A DNA stretch of 37,022 nt from Chlorokybus atmophyticus (lineage: Eukaryota; Plantae; Mesostigma and Chlorokybus algae), in contig RHPI01001817.1 in NCBI GenBank assembly GCA_009103225.1, forward strand, positions 1 through 37,022, in the 5' to 3' direction. The position numbers and the translations under genes are program-made. This document shows, in pieces, positions 1-12,291 of this stretch (positions within the stretch are counted from its first letter, which is position 1; the number at the start of each line of letters is the position of its first letter). The notes beneath the pieces were generated by a model. That model was given only the letters and a program-made list of their open reading frames with translations. It made no database searches and was not told the DNA's origin.

Positions 1-99
1 CCTAACCCTAACCCTAACCCTAACCCTAACCCTAACCCTAACCCTAACCCTAACCCTAACCCTAACCCTAACCCTAACCCTAACTGTAACCCTAACCCT
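1..99 (+). repeat. Telomeric array (CCCTAA)n, the C-strand of human-type TTAGGG; chromosome left end
   Basis: Perfect CCCTAA repeats 1-83, one variant unit CTGTAA at 84-89, then CCCTAA-CCCT to 99, starting at base 1 of the window. Confidence 0.97.
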
Positions 100-799
100 C
101 ATGCATTCACACCCTCCGGCTCACACGTTCACACCATCGTACAAGGCTTGCGCGATGCTGTGACAAGATTCTCTCTCATTGCTGGAGCGTGTGCGGTTGG
201 GTGAACACATAGCGTTGTCGATCATCTGTACACTCACCATTTACAGTTGGCTGTTCAGGTATGCATGTGCAAATACTTCAAGCTTAACTGCCAACAATAT
301 GTGTTTGAAGTTGTCTATATACAGCGTGGTATACAGTTATGGGCGGGTTGGCAATGTGTTAAGCGAAGGAGGAGGAGGTTGTAGCGTGTCAAAAGAGCGT
401 TTCTACTATGGTAAACACGCACATCCACATGTACATATGCGCACGCGCATATACGTATGGATGCACACTTGCATGCGCAAGGACTCAAACTAACTGGCCT
501 TGGAAAGGTTGTGTGGCCCTCTAGGGTGTGTGATGCTTTTGCCAGCATCAGTAGTAACAAGACACGCTTGGCTTTTCCTTATCCTTCATCGACTACACTC
601 CAACAAGGCAGTTCCACTGGCACGAGCGCAATGAGTGCAACGCGCGTCCACCTATATGCGTATGTACGAGCTTAAAGATGACATAAATATTGTCCCCTAA
701 CAAGTTGCACGCAATTAGTACAATAAGTTGGGAGTGCAAGCGGTGGTGACCTTGTTAACTTGCGTATAAATTGTGCTACGCTTGGTTGGTGGGTAAGTT

Positions 800-2000
800 A
801 CAGACGGACTTTTTAAGTGCTATGAAGACCATTTGCAATCTCAAGTGCTTGAGAAGTGCGTACTGGTTTATTGATGTTTGCTGGTTGCTGGCTTAATTTG
901 CTTTGCTCTTTGCGCATTAGCTTACAACATACCACCACCTCAAAAAGGGCAATTCTTATTGACCGCTCTTACAGAGCTGAACACATTGTGCAAAACATAA
1001 TAGCATAACAAGTGCAGAGCTGTCTGATCTTATGCTACTTTCCTCTCATAATTTCGCTGACTCAAAAGCAAGTATGAGCAAAAAACAGTCCGCCCACGCT
1101 CAAACTTGCAGACAAGCTTTGCGCATTTATGACAGTCAAGCTTTCATCGGCGATAAAGGCGGCATGGAGGAATCTATAACACAAGATGCCAAAGCGAATT
1201 ACATGTAGCTGTTATGTCCTCAACTTGTTCTTGAACTTCAATAGTAAGCTTCCCCCAATCGCCTGTGCTTAACGCAATAGTGCATATCATTAAGTATATT
1301 GGCGCCATCGCAAGTCACATGCAGTGTTGAAAAAGGCACGCGCCCATTGTTTAATAAGTTGCATAAGTGTGTTGCACCTAAATCTGTCACTCACTGTTAT
1401 TTGTCATCAAAGCAATGGTTGATATGTTAAGCAAGAGTTGAAGATGCTTGTCAACACGCGCATTGCCACCCATCGTTTGCTGCAGAGCTTGTATTGCAAC
1501 AAAGGATTGTTGTAAGGGGGTATGGTTGATACTTAATTCCCGCGCAATTAGGAGCATGCATCATCGGCGGATCTCAGTAGAGCCGAGGCTATTAAGCTGA
1601 ACATTGTGGAGGAAAGCCACCCATTGGCTTTTGGCCAAAAGTGTGGCAAGTTATGATGAAGTTGTTGAAACCCTCTTGTGATGGTAAATGCATGTCGGAG
1701 GCTAATCGTGCTACCTTAGCGGGGTGGCTTACCACATTCTAAAGAACATGCAAATGGCATTGAATGTTACTTTTCTCATAAAATGCATCAAAAGTTGCGT
1801 CACGCGTATCCAAATGTGGAAAGATAAGAGGGAGTGGTTGGCACAATCATTGATGTCTTCATGCTTGATACTCTGCTCGACCCTGAGCATTATGCCACCA
1901 TCGGCAACAACCGCAGCGCGGTTGCACATCTGTTGAAGAAGTGCTTCAAGTAGGGGACTTGTTGACGCATTTTGCATGGTCTTGTGAAAGCCGTGAATGA
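800..2000 (+). pseudogene. Degenerate hAT-superfamily transposase
   Basis: Manual translation across stops and frameshifts gives hAT-like motifs in the expected order: IKAAWRNL*HKMPKRITCSCYVLNLFL (~1150-1240, cf. MKAAW..L...P.I...C..H.LNL), KQELKMLVNTRIATHRLLQSL (~1430-1490, cf. TRFAT), FWPKVWQVMMKLLKP (~1630-1675), LLDPEHY (~1872-1892). Boundaries approximate; no TIRs identified. Confidence 0.55.
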
Positions 2001-2023
2001 CATAAAGGTGCAGATGCATGCGC

Positions 2024-2191
2024 ATGAGCACGTAATGCCCGAAACAAACAACCATAAGTGCGCACACACTCGTGCGCGCCCATGCACGCACCCGCACACA
2101 CATACACATGCATATACACACATGTACACACGCGCGCACACCCGCACATGCCACTACTGTGCCCCCTCCCCCCCAAAACAACAACAATAAG
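2024..2191 (+). repeat. About 165 bp CA-rich segment, copy 1 (copy 2 at 4233-4396)
   Basis: Near-identical sequence from ATGAGCACGTAATGCCCGAAAC through the CA-rich tract to CAACAA(T/C)AAG at both positions. Confidence 0.9.
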
Positions 2192-2595
2192 TGTTGAGAA
2201 GCAAGCATGCAAGTGAAGAGGGCAAGCAATGACACACAGGAGAAGGCAACACACTTCCCGATTTATTACCAACAGACCGCGGGGTTATATACCCGCCCGT
2301 CAGTACACAGTTTGTACACACTGCTGGTCTACATGCAACAGCGTCCGATATACTGAACCATATCCTATGCTGTAAGATGTGCCACGTAGCTAACTTGATA
2401 AGCTTTGTAACAAGCTATGCCACGTCCTATAAGACTGAGTATCCTGGAGGAGATATGACGATTCTCCTAGGACCCTTCTCTGCAGTCCGCGCCAGGACCT
2501 TCATGTCCGGAGTCTTTGAGGTCCTCCCATCGAGGTCCCTTCTCTTCTCTCTTGTATGCAGGGCAGGCTGACCGGATGTAGGAATATCTTCAACA
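2192..2595 (-). mobile_element. 3' LTR (404 bp) of a 5'-truncated Ty1/Copia element
   Basis: On the minus strand it starts TGTTGAAGATATTCC and ends TCTCAACA (TGTTG...CAACA termini). It is preceded by the purine tract GCGTGGGAG (2596-2604), and its start and TATA region resemble the LTRs at 17562-17974 and 20066-20514. Confidence 0.9.
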
Positions 2596-2640
2596 CTCCC
2601 ACGCGGGCAGCTTGGCCTCCAACGCTTGGTCTTCTTTCAC

Positions 2641-2958
2641 CTAAGCACATATGCCGAGTCCCTTGCAGCATGTCTTGAACTTCAGCGGTGACAGTGGCTT
2701 CGTCATGAAGTCCGCGAGCATGTCTTCCGTATTGCAATATTGGAACTCAACCTCCTTGCGTGTGACTCTGTCTCGCACAAAGTGATGCAGGACATCAATG
2801 TGCTTTGTCCTTGTCGAGGCAATGGGGTGCTTCAGCAACTTGATGGCGCCTTGGTTGTCGCAGTTGATCGTGATACACGCCATCGGGTGCTCCAGATTTG
2901 CCATCAGCGATGATGGCAACAACCACAGGCCTCTCCTACACGTTCGGGGTGTGGACAT
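2641..2958 (-). pseudogene. pol: Copia RNase H C-terminal remnant
   Basis: CDNQGAIKLLKHPIASTRTKHIDVLHHFVRDRV...MLADFMTKPL is the canonical Ty1/Copia RNase H end; upstream homology is lost near 2945. Confidence 0.93.
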
Positions 2959-4232
2959 GGAACGTGCGGGGCATGAATGGCATTCAACTTGTGCTTGAGT
3001 CTGGTGGCGGCCAGGCCAAATTCTGGCGTGGACTGGTCATTCTGCTCGCACAGACTGTTTGAGGGTGTTGTGTTGTGTATTCACGCTTAAATAGCTTGCA
3101 TCTCAACAGCTCCTCTGCATGGCGTTGTTTCATCACCTCCATGTCAGCGCGCAACTTGGCAAGGTCGTTTGATTGCCTAACGTTTAACCCAGCATTGCCT
3201 TCCATGTGTGCTTGACAAGGAAAAACAATAAGTACACTATCACTCAGAGTGCACACAGAAACACAAGGCCAAGTTCACAAGCAAGCGCCAATACCACTAT
3301 CACAACCACCTTTGTGTGATGTCAACCACTCAATGCCAGTCAATGCACTAATGCACACTGCAGCGCCGTCGCTTATGCCGGTTCATAGCTAGGTTCACCC
3401 AGAACCCTCGGCATTACCAACACAGCACAGCTTTTACAAGTGGCATGCACACTCATGTGTGAGCATGCAGTATGCACATGGAAGGATGCGGCCACATGCA
3501 CAGAAATGGCACAAGGCTATTGTGCATGCACACAGGCTATGCACATTCTCAGCATGCAAATTTCACACACATGCATGCACACACACCAGTGTGTAAGGCT
3601 TACTACATGCACATACACATGCATGCACTTTTAGCAATACACAATGGCAGAACCAGCTAAGCAGGGGTTGTCTTCAACAACTTGTTGAACAGGTAGTCCA
3701 GCAAGACCACCAACAACACCACGAGCGGTAGCAAGAAGTGGGAGGCGCCTCTTCTTCAACACAAGCGCCAAACACAAGTTAAACAACCCAAACCCCTAGC
3801 CACGCGCCTCTGCTTCAGTGCACCAACTACTAGGCGCCAACTACTAGGTAGAACCACCCTAAAACCCTACCACACTTCAAGCAGCTAGCCAACATAACAA
3901 CCTTAACTCCAATTAAGGTTGTATATCTCGTGTAGAAAAGCCTCTCATCATCGCAAACAGTCTAGCTTTAATTCTGTAATACAATTGCTGAAATACAATT
4001 GCTTATAACATAATATGTATAATTGCACAGTGCTTGGGCAATAACACCGATTCAGCTTTTGTCTGATAAGATTGTTTCATCGCGCTCGGGAAGGTAGCGC
4101 TTGGCCTACCATGGCGCGGTGGCCACCGTGTGCGCCTGCGCTCCAAACTCGTGGGCTTCCTGTGCGGGGGAGGGGATGCCGTGCGCACAACGACGTGAAG
4201 CTCCACGCGCATGCCCTGCTCATTATAGACAT

Positions 4233-4396
4233 ATGAGCACGTAATGCCCGAAACGAACAACCATAAGTGCGCACACTCGTGCGCGCCCATGCACGCACCC
4301 GCACACACATACACATGCATATACACATGTACACACGCGCGCACACCCGCACACGCCACCACTGTGCCCCCTCCCTCCCAAAACAACAACAACAAG
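4233..4396 (+). repeat. About 165 bp CA-rich segment, copy 2
   Basis: Direct repeat of 2024-2191. Confidence 0.9.
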
Positions 4397-6199
4397 GACT
4401 CGGGCATGTTAACGAGTAAAGTCATCTCCAACTGCAAGCCATCGCGCGCGGACATGTTTAATACTCTTTTTCATATCCGCCCTTTAGCCAACAACATAGC
4501 CCTACAAAGGCACGCACTTGTTGGCAACCAAGGATGCACTTCCAATTTAATGCACACAGTCAAACCTACGGTACATAGCAATCAGGTCGATGCATGCTCA
4601 CATAGTAGTAAAAGCCAGTTTGCTGCCTTGCGTTGCCCATTTGACAAGAGTAATGCCAAGGATTGGGCCGACACGGAACAGCAGCCACATATGTTAACAA
4701 ATCACGCTCATTAATGAGTGCAAGCACGACTTTCACAACCCAACACAAACACACATGCATGTTTTGCATAGACACACACACGCACACACAAAAGCACATC
4801 CATCCCCACGCTGCGCGCACGCTCCCACACCCAATCACCCATGCACGTATGCACGCGCACACATACACCAACATACACGCGCATGCGTGTCCCTCAGAGC
4901 ACACCCACCCCACCCACATAAAACATTCGTGAGCACCCCATTGCAGTGTGTTGCATGTCACCTTTGCTGCCTCCAGCAATACTCGCGCATTGTACCCACA
5001 TGCCTCAACCGCATTCTTACCTATGTTTCGCTATGGCAAGCACAAACCCTCCACGCGCGCACCTTCCTCCGACGGTATGGTCTCGCATCCGTGTATCAAG
5101 TCCAACAACACGTGTGTTTGAGTGTCCACGCGTGCCAGCTGGATCATCGCGTACACCACGGATGGTTTTAAGGATGTGGTCATGAGGGCTGATGTATACA
5201 CATGCCTCGCGTACAGCTACACAATAACAACAACAACAAGGTGTGTCGTGTTCTCTTGGTAAGTGTGGCACACAATTTCACACGGCTGCGACATGTTGGG
5301 TGTGGGAAGGGGGTTCACTTTGTTTCACCTGCGCTCTTGTTTATTGTTGCTGTATTTCCTTAGCGGTTGCAAAGCTGTCACTCGTAGTGCGAGCCTCAAC
5401 GTCCCTTCTTGACTGTCTTGCATATTGGTGGCTATTGTCCACTTCGTTGTTGTTGGCATTGTGCACGACGTTTGTTAGACTGAACATTAACATGACTCAG
5501 GTGACGACAAGCTGTGTGCTATTCCTACGGATTGTGTGCACATATATGCATGCACAGCGCATGCACGCATACAAAACACCATTAAAGCAGGCTCAGCACC
5601 AGCGTGAGCTAGCATCAGCTAACAGACACGCAACCTTGAACTGCGTCACATGTCGCATCACCACTTTCGGTTCACTCGCTCCAATTCAACAACATATGCA
5701 ACACAACCACAACAACTCTCACCGTTAAATTTGTGCATGGATGCGCTCCACCCCAACATGGTCTGCACGCCCACGCCAACAGCCGCAGCCGTCTCTAACA
5801 ACGTGTGCGCATGTTCATTGGTCAGTTGCATAGCGTGCGGTGGGAGATGAATCTGAACCTTGTTAGTGTTGTTAATGAAGTTGTTGGGAGCGGCTGTTCC
5901 ATCCATGCCTGCATTGTTTCCACTGCAGGCAACCACCTGTTGCAAGCATGAGAGTTAAGTAGTCATGAAGCTTAAGGATTCGTGCTTGCATTCGAGCTAA
6001 TGGATGTGTGCGCGTGTAAGCATGTGTGTGCGCGTGCAAGCACATGTGTGCATGTCCCATACCTGCCCGTGCTATTGTGTGTCAAGCTCGTGCTGCAAGC
6101 AATTGATCTCAGCCAACACTTTTGCAACAAAGCGACCTTTCACGTGTTGTAAGCGCAATAAAGCGCGGTAGTGGGGGCAGTGCCGCCGGCCCTTCAGAG

Positions 6200-6236
6200 G
6201 GATCCGAATCCGGATCCGGATCCGGATCCGGATCCG
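6200..6236. repeat. (GGATCC)n hexamer array, self-complementary
   Basis: GGATCCGAATCCGGATCCGGATCCGGATCCGGATCCG; 6211-6236 is a perfect palindrome. Confidence 0.9.
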
Positions 6237-7501
6237 CTCTTAGGCCGACCAACGCTGTGGGTTGATACAGAAGGTTAAAGATTGTGAACTTGCTAACCCG
6301 AATGCATTGTCGAGCAGCAGGGGCAAAGCTGCAAATCGACGGCCTGCATTGTGCAATAGCAAGTGAGGGGTGATGCAATCAAGCTCAAGATGCCGAGTTG
6401 CATTCAGTTGCAGGCAGTTGTACAACTTACGCCAGCAGTAGCGCCATGTGCGTGTCCGCGTGCATGTGGTTGTGGGTGGGTATGGGCGCATACACACATG
6501 CGCAAACGACAACACGCACATACACGCGCGAGGTTGGGCGCGCGCACACATGGTGTGTTTCTTGCCGTTGTTGCTTGGTTCATGGTTCAATGCAATCAGG
6601 AGCATAGTGGGCACAAGTATGAGCGTTTGAATGACGTCTACTATTGCCATACTGAGGCCATGCAGGCCAAGGCTGCAGGCCACTTGGAGGTATGTCTCTC
6701 AGTGTACTATATACAATCCAAAACAACCAATGTTGATGTGTACACACGCAGCAGCTTCGCATGGCTGTGAACACCGTAGATGAGAACGCCTTCAGCGCCT
6801 ACAGAAGGTTATTTTATTATTGTTTTTTGTTGGGTCCATTGCACTACATGTGTAAGGACGGGTTCAAGGAGTAAAGTAATAGTTGCCTTGCAGACGTTGG
6901 ATGAGCATGCTGCTGAGCTGCAGCTCCCAATCAAATACACGCAGGTGCACAGTCATGTGTTTTACTCCATTTGCACGCAACATTGCTGCCTTGTCTTGTT
7001 GTTCACAGGCATGGTTGGAGGCTCAAAGGTAAGCTGCTGACCTTGCTGGGTTAAAAGGGAGCCATGGTAGAAGAGGTGTGAGACATGTGTGTGCTTGTGC
7101 GTGCGTGCATGCATGCGCGTGTTTGCGTGTATGTGCGTTGGTGGGGATACTAGATTGCAACCTGCGCGAGCTGAACTCCCGCTTGAGCGCCTCCTTACCT
7201 GCGGAGCTCGTATCCACCAGCGGTGAGCTCATGCACGCCCTTCACCCCGCCTTGCAAGGGACGCTCACAGTCTCCACAGTATTGGAATCTCGGGTGATAT
7301 GTGGAATGGGTGTGTCCATGAGGACTGCGACGGGAGGGCGGCGGCGGCGGAGGCGAGCTAGGGGACTTGGCGATGGGCAGGGGGCGGGAGGTAATGGGTG
7401 AGGGTTAAGGGCGCTCTTCTGCTATGGCGGCGGCGGCAGGCCTGGCCTGACCAGGCTCCGTCTGCACGCGATGGCGGATGCCGGATCCCGGGCCGCGGCA
7501 G

Positions 7502-7536
7502 CCGTCAGATCCGGTGAAACCCACCGGATCTGACGG
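7502..7536. other. Perfect 15-bp inverted repeat (hairpin) in a GC/CpG-rich island
   Basis: CCGTCAGATCCGGTG-AAACC-CACCGGATCTGACGG. Confidence 0.9.
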
Positions 7537-7656
7537 TCTGCGTTTGACGCAGCAGACTGCCGTTGGGATTGGTAGCGGCGGCCAGCAACGGCGCCGGCGA
7601 CACTGTGGCGCTTGTGGGGGCGGCGGCAGGCTGTAGGAGGGGCGACCTTGCTATGA

Positions 7657-7840
7657 GTGAGCACCATGCACTAGCTGAGCGCGCCTGTCTTGGGCATGCG
7701 CGGTGAGGCTGTGTGTGTGGTTGCAAGCTTTGGCGGTTGCTTTCTCCTGCGCCAATGGTGATTGAGCGTTGGGTGAGCGTCATGCACTAGCTGAGCGTGC
7801 CTATCTTGGGCAAGCGGTGAGGCTGGCGTGTGTGATTGCT
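7657..7840 (+). repeat. Two ~68 bp imperfect direct repeats (7657-7725 and 7773-7840)
   Basis: GTGAGC..CATGCACTAGCTGAGCG(C/T)GCCT(G/A)TCTTGGGCA...GCGGTGAGGCTG occurs twice, period about 116 bp. Confidence 0.85.
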
Positions 7841-8048
7841 CTCGTCGCCTAACAGGAGAAAGTGGGATTGGGGTCGACTGCTGGTGGGAGAGGTGTTCCT
7901 TGAATGGTGTAGCATCTCCTATATTGGTGCAGTAGAGTTTGCAGCAGTTTGCCCATCATGGTGGCTTCCACTGCGCGATCAGTAGCTGGTCTTCCCCGCA
8001 AAGAGGTCAACACCCCCATGTCGATTTCTCAGGGCCAGCCTGGCCCTG

Positions 8049-8960
8049 TTGATGCAGACGTGGCCCTTCCTTCCATTGGATGCATGGACATCGGGTGATG
8101 TTCAACACCCGCGCGCCCAAGCATTTGTAGCGACACTAATTACTACAACAACTGAGGTTTCCCAAGGCACCCCCCCCCCCCCCCCAGCTAAGTCGGTGGT
8201 TGATTTTACAGCTCGTAGCGATGCACTTGCATCTGTTGCGTGCGGTGATAATCATCTTCGAGTAACGGTTACACGCGCACCGCATGAGGAGTGGGCACAG
8301 CAGCTAGGCACACGCGCATTGATATTTGAGTTTGCATTCACTCCCTCTTTAGAGTTTGCAAACGCTGTTCATCTGGCTGAGATAGCAAAAGTGTGTGCTG
8401 ACGGTGAGTAGAGCAGCCTGTTGACATCCACCTATCAGTTGCAGGGGGGGAATTTCAGTGTGTCTTCGCCTCAACGGCAGGAGCCACACACGTACTGTTG
8501 CAAGCCAAGGGTGGCCGCCTTCCATCTTGCAGTGGTCTTCCCGTGTGCTTTGGCTGAAGTTACCGAGGGGTTAACAAATTCCAGGTGTCTTTCCGAGGCG
8601 CAACGCCTGATCTCATCACCTTCATCCATGCATCTCTGCGCCCGTATGGACAGCTGGGCGCGGCGTTACCACAAGGACGCAACCCTCTCCCCTTCAACAC
8701 CTCTAACACGCGGTATTCTTTTGCCCTAAACAAGGATAAGTGGCTCCCCGCCAAGAACACCTTCACGGTGCTGCATGAGGTGGGGCAGATGACGCAGACG
8801 GTGGAGCTGCTTAGCCCACACTCTCCTACAACTTGCTTTCAGTGCCGGCAAGTTGGGCACATACGAAACAGTTGTCCAACTCGCAGGCCTGTTGTAGAGG
8901 CTGTTGCTCCTCAAGGGCCACTAGCCAATGAACTTGGCGGAGTTGCGGGTGGAGCCCCCC
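8049..8960 (+). pseudogene. LINE ORF1 remnant with CCHC zinc knuckle
   Basis: CFQCRQVGHIRNSC (CX2CX4HX4C) at 8834-8875; frameshifted upstream ORFs 8049-8411 and 8585 onward; runs into the gap. Confidence 0.7.
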
Positions 8961-9300
8961 NNNNNNNNNNNNNNNNNNNNNNNNNNNNNNNNNNNNNNNN
9001 NNNNNNNNNNNNNNNNNNNNNNNNNNNNNNNNNNNNNNNNNNNNNNNNNNNNNNNNNNNNNNNNNNNNNNNNNNNNNNNNNNNNNNNNNNNNNNNNNNNN
9101 NNNNNNNNNNNNNNNNNNNNNNNNNNNNNNNNNNNNNNNNNNNNNNNNNNNNNNNNNNNNNNNNNNNNNNNNNNNNNNNNNNNNNNNNNNNNNNNNNNNN
9201 NNNNNNNNNNNNNNNNNNNNNNNNNNNNNNNNNNNNNNNNNNNNNNNNNNNNNNNNNNNNNNNNNNNNNNNNNNNNNNNNNNNNNNNNNNNNNNNNNNNN
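8961..9300. other. Assembly gap (340 N) flanked by C-runs
   Basis: Run of N. Confidence 0.99.
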
Positions 9301-10519
9301 CCCCTCCCTCTAGCCCAACAGGTGCAGCGCATTCTCGTGGGCCTCCACCTCCCAGCTAGCTGCCTCCGACGCTTCTCTCTCCTCAGCGGCAATGCACGCG
9401 CCTGCACCTGAGCACCCCAGCCCACTGAAAAGGATGTCGTCCTCTGCTTAGCAACTGCCATTAGCAATTGGGCCTGAGCTTTTTGGCCCGCCTCGCATGT
9501 TTGGCGCAACAAACTGCTCTGGCCGCAGTGTCCTGCTCACCTGCTTGTTGGACCTTTATTGCGCACAGCACCTATTCGGCCGACACCTGCTGGCGGGGTA
9601 TTTTCAGCTGCTACCAAGGCGCATGCACGCTCGCCGCTGAAGCTAACTGGTCTCAGCCGCAAGCTGCAGCTCTTAATGCGCACAACAAGCACTGTCAAGC
9701 AAGGCTCGAAGCGTGTCACCACAGGCCGTCTCGAGCAAACTGCTGCCACACAGGCGTTGCTGCTCAGCAATTAGCTGGCATCCACTGCGGAAGCAGTGCC
9801 CACAACATCTTTACCAGGGATCACGTGTGCAACAACAGTGCCAGAAGCCCTTTCTTGTCTCGGATGTGGCCTCAGACATCTTCCCAATGTCGCCAAAAAT
9901 GCACGCAGCCCCGGGCCCTTCTTCGCCAGCTGGCCGTGCTCACACGCCTCCCACTCAATCTCCTGCCAAGTCCTCTTCACCACGGAAGAGCAAGCAAGTG
10001 GTGGCTGGGGGTAGCCAGACCCTCACCCCCCTCGCCCACACCATTCAGTCTTCCCTCCTCGTAGCAGCTGCAACCAGCAGATGTTGATCAGGCGTAGCGT
10101 TATGCCGCTCGTGCATTGGGAGTGATAGTGTCGTCTTGCTGGCAGTCTTGGGGGGAGGCTACCAGTGTATTATCCACGCCGCATCTGCACGCTGGACACG
10201 TCAGCGTGTGGAAGGTCTAATTCCCGGGTGACCGAGACTGTGCGAGTGTCAGTGCCAGCCCTCTCGCAGATTCAGTCTGGCTAGACTCGGTGTTGCTGGC
10301 CTACGTGCAAGACGGTCCTAACAGTCTGTTAGATCCGACCTCTCTAGCCTCGTGGCAATCTTTGCGCTAGCATGCCTCTTAATTCACTCTCCAATAAAGG
10401 GAGCAAACGCTTCATTGCTATACACCTTGCAGCACATGTTGACAGAAAGTCCCTCAGCATCTCTGCTTGCGGTGTTTACTTGGGCTCTTGTCAAACTCAG
10501 CAATGCAAGGCTCACGTCC

Positions 10520-11698
10520 CCAACTATTACATCGTGGAACATACGAGGGCTTGGGGGACGGCGCGCGGCATTCGGCACAAGCAAGCGTTACCTCCTTTTT
10601 TTTGTCGCGCATGCGGGCTTGGGGCGACTTCTCAAACCAGGTTCTGCTGTTACAGAAGACGAAACGTACAGACTCGCGTGATGGTGGTTGCGTAAGTTGT
10701 GGTCGGGGGTTCCTTGTGGGCCCCCTCTGACGACACTCGTGGAGGCACTGCAATTCTCTACACCTAGTCTTGGAAGCCACATGTCCTCAACGAAGGGGTG
10801 GCAGTGCCGTCTTGTTGCTGCTGGCTATGTCGACAATGGGAGCTTGGCACACTTCCTCCATTCAATGTGTATGCACCCAATCTGTTGAGGAACGCGAAGC
10901 ATTCTTCTTTCAGCTGCGCAGCACACTACCTGAGGTGAACTGGTGCGTTGCAGGAGGAGATTTGAATTGGGTGGAAGATGAGCAGCTGAACAGATCGCAC
11001 CCCTCTCCTCATCCGTCCCTTCGCGAGCGCACCGAGCTCCTTACCGGACAATATGATTGGGAGGATATCCACCAGGTCCATTGGCAGAGTTCACCAGGTC
11101 CAACTCACAGGCAGGGGATGATCGTCGACTAGCCAGGCTAGACAGAGTGTACTGCTTGACCAGCCTTCGCACTTCCTCGCGCGAGGTGGTAGTCAGGGCG
11201 GACGAACTCTTGTCGGACCATAAGCCAGTTTCTCTCACCCTTCAACCTCCCTCCGCGGTGCGAAAGGAACCAAGTCTGTGGAAGCTTCACGCCGCTCTCA
11301 TGCAAAACACCTTGTTCTGCGCCGATGCGGAGGAGCTGTGGTCACTGCATGAAGGCACACGTCCAAGTCGGGCAAATGCTTTTGTTCTAGTCGTATCCTG
11401 GTTTGGGGAAGGCCTCAGTCGCATGGCCACGCTTGCGCAACAGCATGAAGAACGGCGCATAGAGTTGGTACGCGTGCAGATCGCTTGTTCCGCACGTTGC
11501 TCAAGAATTTAGAGAGGGCAGTGTGGCGTGACCTCACAAATACAACGCTGCAGGAGGAGCTTGCAGATGTTGTGTCAAGTCTCCGCTCCCTGGAGACGCA
11601 GCATCTGAAAGGGGCTTGCATTTGACAAAGCACTTAATGGCTCTTTGAAAGGGAGCCCATGATAAGGTTTTTCTTTTCAACAGGGAAAGCGGCCATAC
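10520..11698 (+). pseudogene. LINE ORF2 AP-like endonuclease and linker (frameshifted)
   Basis: TSWNIRGL (~10527), LLLQKTK (cf. LQET), GGDLN (~10953), RLDRVY (~11136), SDHKPV (~11213), then WKLH. Confidence 0.88.
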
Positions 11699-11704
11699 AC
11701 CGGT

Positions 11705-12259
11705 AGAAATGTCCCCCCAACAGTTCGGCCCTTGCCCACAAATTAATTAAAGATCCAGCTATAACTTAATTAGGGATCCATATGCAAGCAATATATGCAT
11801 TTTTGCACTCTTTGCGGCTGCAGCCACAACTTTGTTATCGACCTGCTATCAAGGTCAACTAGCTGGTGTGCATTAAGTTCGGTATCCGTCTTTTCTTGAG
11901 CTTAACAATAGCCACATCTTAAACTAATTATTGGTTAGATCATGTATTAAGGAGATTAATCTTAACGCGTGATCTAACCAAAAATGTTATGGTCGTAATT
12001 CGCGGCGGAAAACCAAAAGAGCCACAGCACACGGGTTTTCGTGTCTCCACCGACGTTTCGAACCTGCGCGGCAGCACCTATTGGATTAGCAAGCAACACC
12101 ATACGACCTAACAACCGACCAGCTAGACTACGACGACACGAGACGCCCTACACCGCGTTTGTAAAGAATGCAACCTATAACGGCTGCCTCAAATTGTCTC
12201 ACGTGCCGCAATGCATACATCACGCATGCACCAACAGCTGCATACAACGGCACTATCAG

Positions 12260-12291
<32 letters not shown>

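Noticed and set aside
3850-3872. AACCACCCTAAAACCCTACC as an interstitial telomere or telo-box
   Set aside because: Too short and degenerate to separate from chance in C/A-rich sequence.
100-7330. Many 60-170 aa ORFs rich in His, Thr, Cys and Val as host genes
   Set aside because: They are translations of CA/GT-rich low-complexity tracts with no recognisable domain. A spliced or decayed gene in 3000-7300 cannot be excluded, but I could not support one.
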